This document shows positions 37,723 through 40,507 of a stretch of DNA of 40,507 bases, piece by piece (positions within the stretch are counted from its first letter, which is position 1; every line of letters begins with the position of its first letter). The stretch comes from Actinomycetota bacterium. GTDB lineage: Bacteria; Actinomycetota; Acidimicrobiia; IMCC26256; VFJJ01. The translations under genes and the position numbers were made by a program. Below the pieces are notes generated by a model. It saw only the letters and a program-made list of their open reading frames with translations. It was not told the origin of the DNA and did not search any database. The stretch is taken from contig VFJJ01000080.1 in NCBI GenBank assembly GCA_009886115.1, positions 1 through 40,507 on the forward strand, given 5' to 3'.

Positions 37723-39015
37723 TCACGCGCGGTTGAAGTCAGGGCTCATGAGCATGAGCGTGATCAGGTTGGCTTGCTCGGCATTGCCGCGGGCCGAACG
37801 TTCGGCGGTGAGCCACGATTCCATGGCGGCCCTGGTTGCCGGTGACGGCGTTCCGAGACCGAACTGGTCGAAGCCCGCCTGGATCGCAGCCGGCACGCTC
37901 ATGCTCTTCACGCCCGACAACAGACCGGCGGCGACGGCCTTCGAGGTGAGGTTCTTCGCGAAGCTGGCTCGAGCCCACCACGACGCCGACGAGATCCAGA
38001 CGCTGTTCTGCTTCCAGCCCTCGACCGTCGGGGGATAGAAGGGCAACATGCCCATGTCGTCGAGATAGCTCTCGGGCTTGGCGACCGCTGCGGTCACGTT
38101 GGTGTGGCGGAGTGCGGCGACGACGAACTCGATGGGGCTGCGCACCAGCCCCTCCTGGGCTCGGGGCGAATAGAAGTTGGGGTGCAGGAAGATCGCCCGC
38201 AGCAGGTCGCGGATCCCGAGATCACCCTGGGTGAACGCCGCCTGCAGCACGTCGAGCACTTCGGGCTCGGGATTGGGATACGCGAAGAACGACCACATCT
38301 GCTTGGCGATGTAACGGGCCGCGATGGGCCGTTTCACGCCGGCGAGGATCTCGTCGATCGTCTGGGGCCCGTCCCAGTTCTGGTTCTTGCCGAAGATCGT
38401 CTTCAGGTAGACATCGTGGCGGGACAAGGTGAAGAGATAGCTCGTCTTGGCCGAGTCGAGGCCGTGCCCCGTCCACGCCCGTGCGCATTCGACGACGTCG
38501 TCCTGGGAGTACTCGTTGACCCCAAGGGTGAACAGCTCCATCAACTCCCGGGCGAAGTTCTCCTGGACGAGCCCCACCTTGTTCGTGTAGTTGTCGAGGT
38601 ACAGCATCATCGCTGGATCGAGGGCGACGGCGTGGGTCAGGGTCCGGAAGCTGGCCTGGGCCATGCTCCGAAAGATCTGATTCTGGTTGTACATCAAGAC
38701 GATGTTCTCAACCTTGTCCTGCGCCGAGCAGAAGTGCCCATGCCAGAACCAGGTCAGCTTCTCCTGCAATGGACACGGCGACGTGCGCATCCGGTCGATC
38801 CACCACTGCGTGAGCGACGTCCACCGGGTGCCCTGACCCTTGGTGGTGTCGTGCAGATCGGCCGGCGGTGTGATCGCCGGGGCAGCCGAGAAGTCGAGCA
38901 GATGGTCGACCGCCGCTGGCAGGTCGAGGGCCATCAGGTTGCCCACCTCGTCGGGAAGGCCACCGAAACCGGCGCGACGCAACAGATGGGCCGCGTCCTG
39001 GTAGGTGATTGCCAC
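37723..39015 (-). CDS. DUF1800-domain protein
   Basis: HLLRRAGFG, LQEKLTWFWHGHF, PAMMLYLDN, ENFARELMELFTLG, ARAWTG and PPTVEGW. Confidence 0.92.
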   Translation of the reverse strand: MAITYQDAAHLLRRAGFGGLPDEVGNLMALDLPAAVDHLLDFSAAPAITPPADLHDTTKGQGTRWTSLTQWWIDRMRTSPCPLQEKLTWFWHGHFCSAQDKVENIVLMYNQNQIFRSMAQASFRTLTHAVALDPAMMLYLDNYTNKVGLVQENFARELMELFTLGVNEYSQDDVVECARAWTGHGLDSAKTSYLFTLSRHDVYLKTIFGKNQNWDGPQTIDEILAGVKRPIAARYIAKQMWSFFAYPNPEPEVLDVLQAAFTQGDLGIRDLLRAIFLHPNFYSPRAQEGLVRSPIEFVVAALRHTNVTAAVAKPESYLDDMGMLPFYPPTVEGWKQNSVWISSASWWARASFAKNLTSKAVAAGLLSGVKSMSVPAAIQAGFDQFGLGTPSPATRAAMESWLTAERSARGNAEQANLITLMLMSPDFNRA

Positions 39016-39191
39016 GTGAACCCCCGGGTTCTCGTCGTGTACTGCCCGCGCCAGGGGAATCGGTCGACCACGCCGTCGCCTTGATCGGCGGCCCTGCGAT
39101 TGGGCCGGTCCGCCCGCCGACATCCCAAATGCCGGAGCACGCGGCCACCGGGTGCCGTCGCGCCGACACCGCCCCGTACCATCGGAGCCAC

Positions 39192-39605
39192 ATGACCGAC
39201 CTCGAACCTCGCTCGACCCCCAACCCCGACGCCGTTCGATTCCCGCTGCCCTTTCGGCTCGCGGCCGGGTTCAACATCAGAGGTGCCGAGGCGGCGACCG
39301 CCGAGCCGTTCGCCGCTGCCGTCTTCGCTGCCGGTGGCGTGGCCGCGGTCTTCGCGGTGAACGATTTCGTGACGGTCACCCGGGTGCCGGGCGCCGACTG
39401 GACCCCGATCGTGGCTGCCGTTCGAGCCGCGAGCTCGCTGTTGCACGCTGTGCCGGTCGAGGAGTGTGTCGATGACCCGGAGCTCGAGACCGCACGCGAG
39501 CTCCTCCGAGCCGCGCTGTCGGCGCCGGTCGCGCCATCCGACGTCGAGCCCGTCGAGATCGCCATCGGCAGCCTCAGGCGACGACCCCGTCGAAGCGACG
39601 GGTGA
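39192..39605 (+). CDS. Stand-alone Nfu/NifU N-terminal domain protein
   Basis: TPNPDAVRF...GVAAVF...DFVTVTR...DW pattern; no CxxC C-terminal domain. Confidence 0.75.
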   Translation: MTDLEPRSTPNPDAVRFPLPFRLAAGFNIRGAEAATAEPFAAAVFAAGGVAAVFAVNDFVTVTRVPGADWTPIVAAVRAASSLLHAVPVEECVDDPELETARELLRAALSAPVAPSDVEPVEIAIGSLRRRPRRSDG

Positions 39606-39614
39606 CGTGATCGC

Positions 39615-40507
39615 TCAGCCGCGCGCGGCGACCGAGACGACGGGGAACGCCGGGGGACGATCGCCCAACGACCCGTGGAACGGCTGATCGCTGAAGTTGA
39701 AGATGCCGCCGTCCTCGCCGACCATCAGGTAGCCGTCGCCGAAGCGGACCATCCCGGTCACGGGACGGTTCAGCGTGGTGCCCCCCATCGAGCCTCGGAA
39801 CAGCGCTTCAAAGGCGAACACACCCCCGTCGGACGCGACCAGCCAGTAGCCCGAGCGGTCACTGTCGGGCACGAGAGACTGCACGGGAGCGTTCAGCCTC
39901 GTGCCACCCATCGACCCGAGGAATGAGGCGTCGCCGAAGGCGAAGATCCCCCCGTCGGCGGCCACGAGGTAGTACCCGTTCCCCGAGGGAGTCGCCACAG
40001 AGTCGAGCACCGGGCCGTTGAGCACGATGGCGGATGCGTCGCCCAGGTGTACGGCGTCCCCGAACGCCACGACACGCCCCGTGGTCGTGAAGATCCAGTA
40101 GCCCTGACCGGTGGGTGTCCGCGAGATCGACGTGGGTCGCTCGGCCGGCCGCAACGACGACGTGCTGAGGTCGCCGAGCGCGGCCCCGGCGTCTCCGAAC
40201 GCCCTGATCCGTCCGGCGGCGTCGAGCACCCAGTAGCCCTGACCGGTGGGGGTGGGTTCGAGATCGACGGCGGCCGGCGCGCTCGCCGGGGCAGCGGCGT
40301 TCGGGCCGAACGTGTGGGCGGCACCGAACGCGTGGACGAACCCGTCGGACCCGAGCATCCAGTACCCGGTGGCGGCCGGCGATGCCGCAGCTCCGGTCGA
40401 GCCCGAATCGGGTCCGGGCGGGGCAGGCCCGGGCGGGACCGCCGCCGGCGGCGGCGACAGCGGCGGCGGGGGCGGTGGCGGTGGCGGTGGCGGTGGCGGT
40501 GGCGGTG
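39615..40507 (-). CDS. Partial protein (5' end outside the window): poly-Pro linker plus six C-terminal GYW repeats
   Basis: The frame is open to the window edge. Repeats: GYWMLGSDG, GYWVLDAAG, GYWIFTTTG, GYYLVAADGGIFAFGDA, GYWLVASDGGVFAF, GYLMVGEDGGIFNF. Confidence 0.85.
   Translation of the reverse strand, partial: PPPPPPPPPPPPPPPLSPPPAAVPPGPAPPGPDSGSTGAAASPAATGYWMLGSDGFVHAFGAAHTFGPNAAAPASAPAAVDLEPTPTGQGYWVLDAAGRIRAFGDAGAALGDLSTSSLRPAERPTSISRTPTGQGYWIFTTTGRVVAFGDAVHLGDASAIVLNGPVLDSVATPSGNGYYLVAADGGIFAFGDASFLGSMGGTRLNAPVQSLVPDSDRSGYWLVASDGGVFAFEALFRGSMGGTTLNRPVTGMVRFGDGYLMVGEDGGIFNFSDQPFHGSLGDRPPAFPVVSVAARG
40474..40507. repeat. (GGTGGC)n microsatellite encoding poly-Pro
   Basis: The hexamer repeat runs to the end of the window. 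Confidence 0.9.

Overview
Very GC-rich actinobacterial DNA, probably Acidimicrobiia. That assignment is an inference from the GYW-x3-DGGVFxFGDA repeat proteins and the F420- and mycofactocin-type enzymes. The window contains: (i) a sulfur/siroheme operon (cysH, sirC-like, cobA) preceded by a near-consensus SigA promoter that fires onto a probable leaderless Cys-containing 33-codon sORF, a candidate cysteine attenuator; (ii) a large, apparently regulator-free catabolic region (CoA transferase, acyl-CoA ligase, five SDRs plus one degenerate SDR, three amidohydrolases, two P450s, a Rieske oxygenase, a CoxMSL-like molybdo-hydroxylase and an F420-type LLM); (iii) three unrelated exported proteins ending in the same ~40-aa GYW repeat module; (iv) a membrane-anchored ECF sigma/zinc-finger fusion; (v) at least seven gene remnants left by truncation or internal deletion (photolyase, PhoX-like, site-2 protease-CBS, GH-A hydrolase, GT-associated domain, GH130, UvrA-like). 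No tRNA, rRNA, CRISPR array or transposase was recognised. All family calls come from reading motifs by eye; no searches were run.
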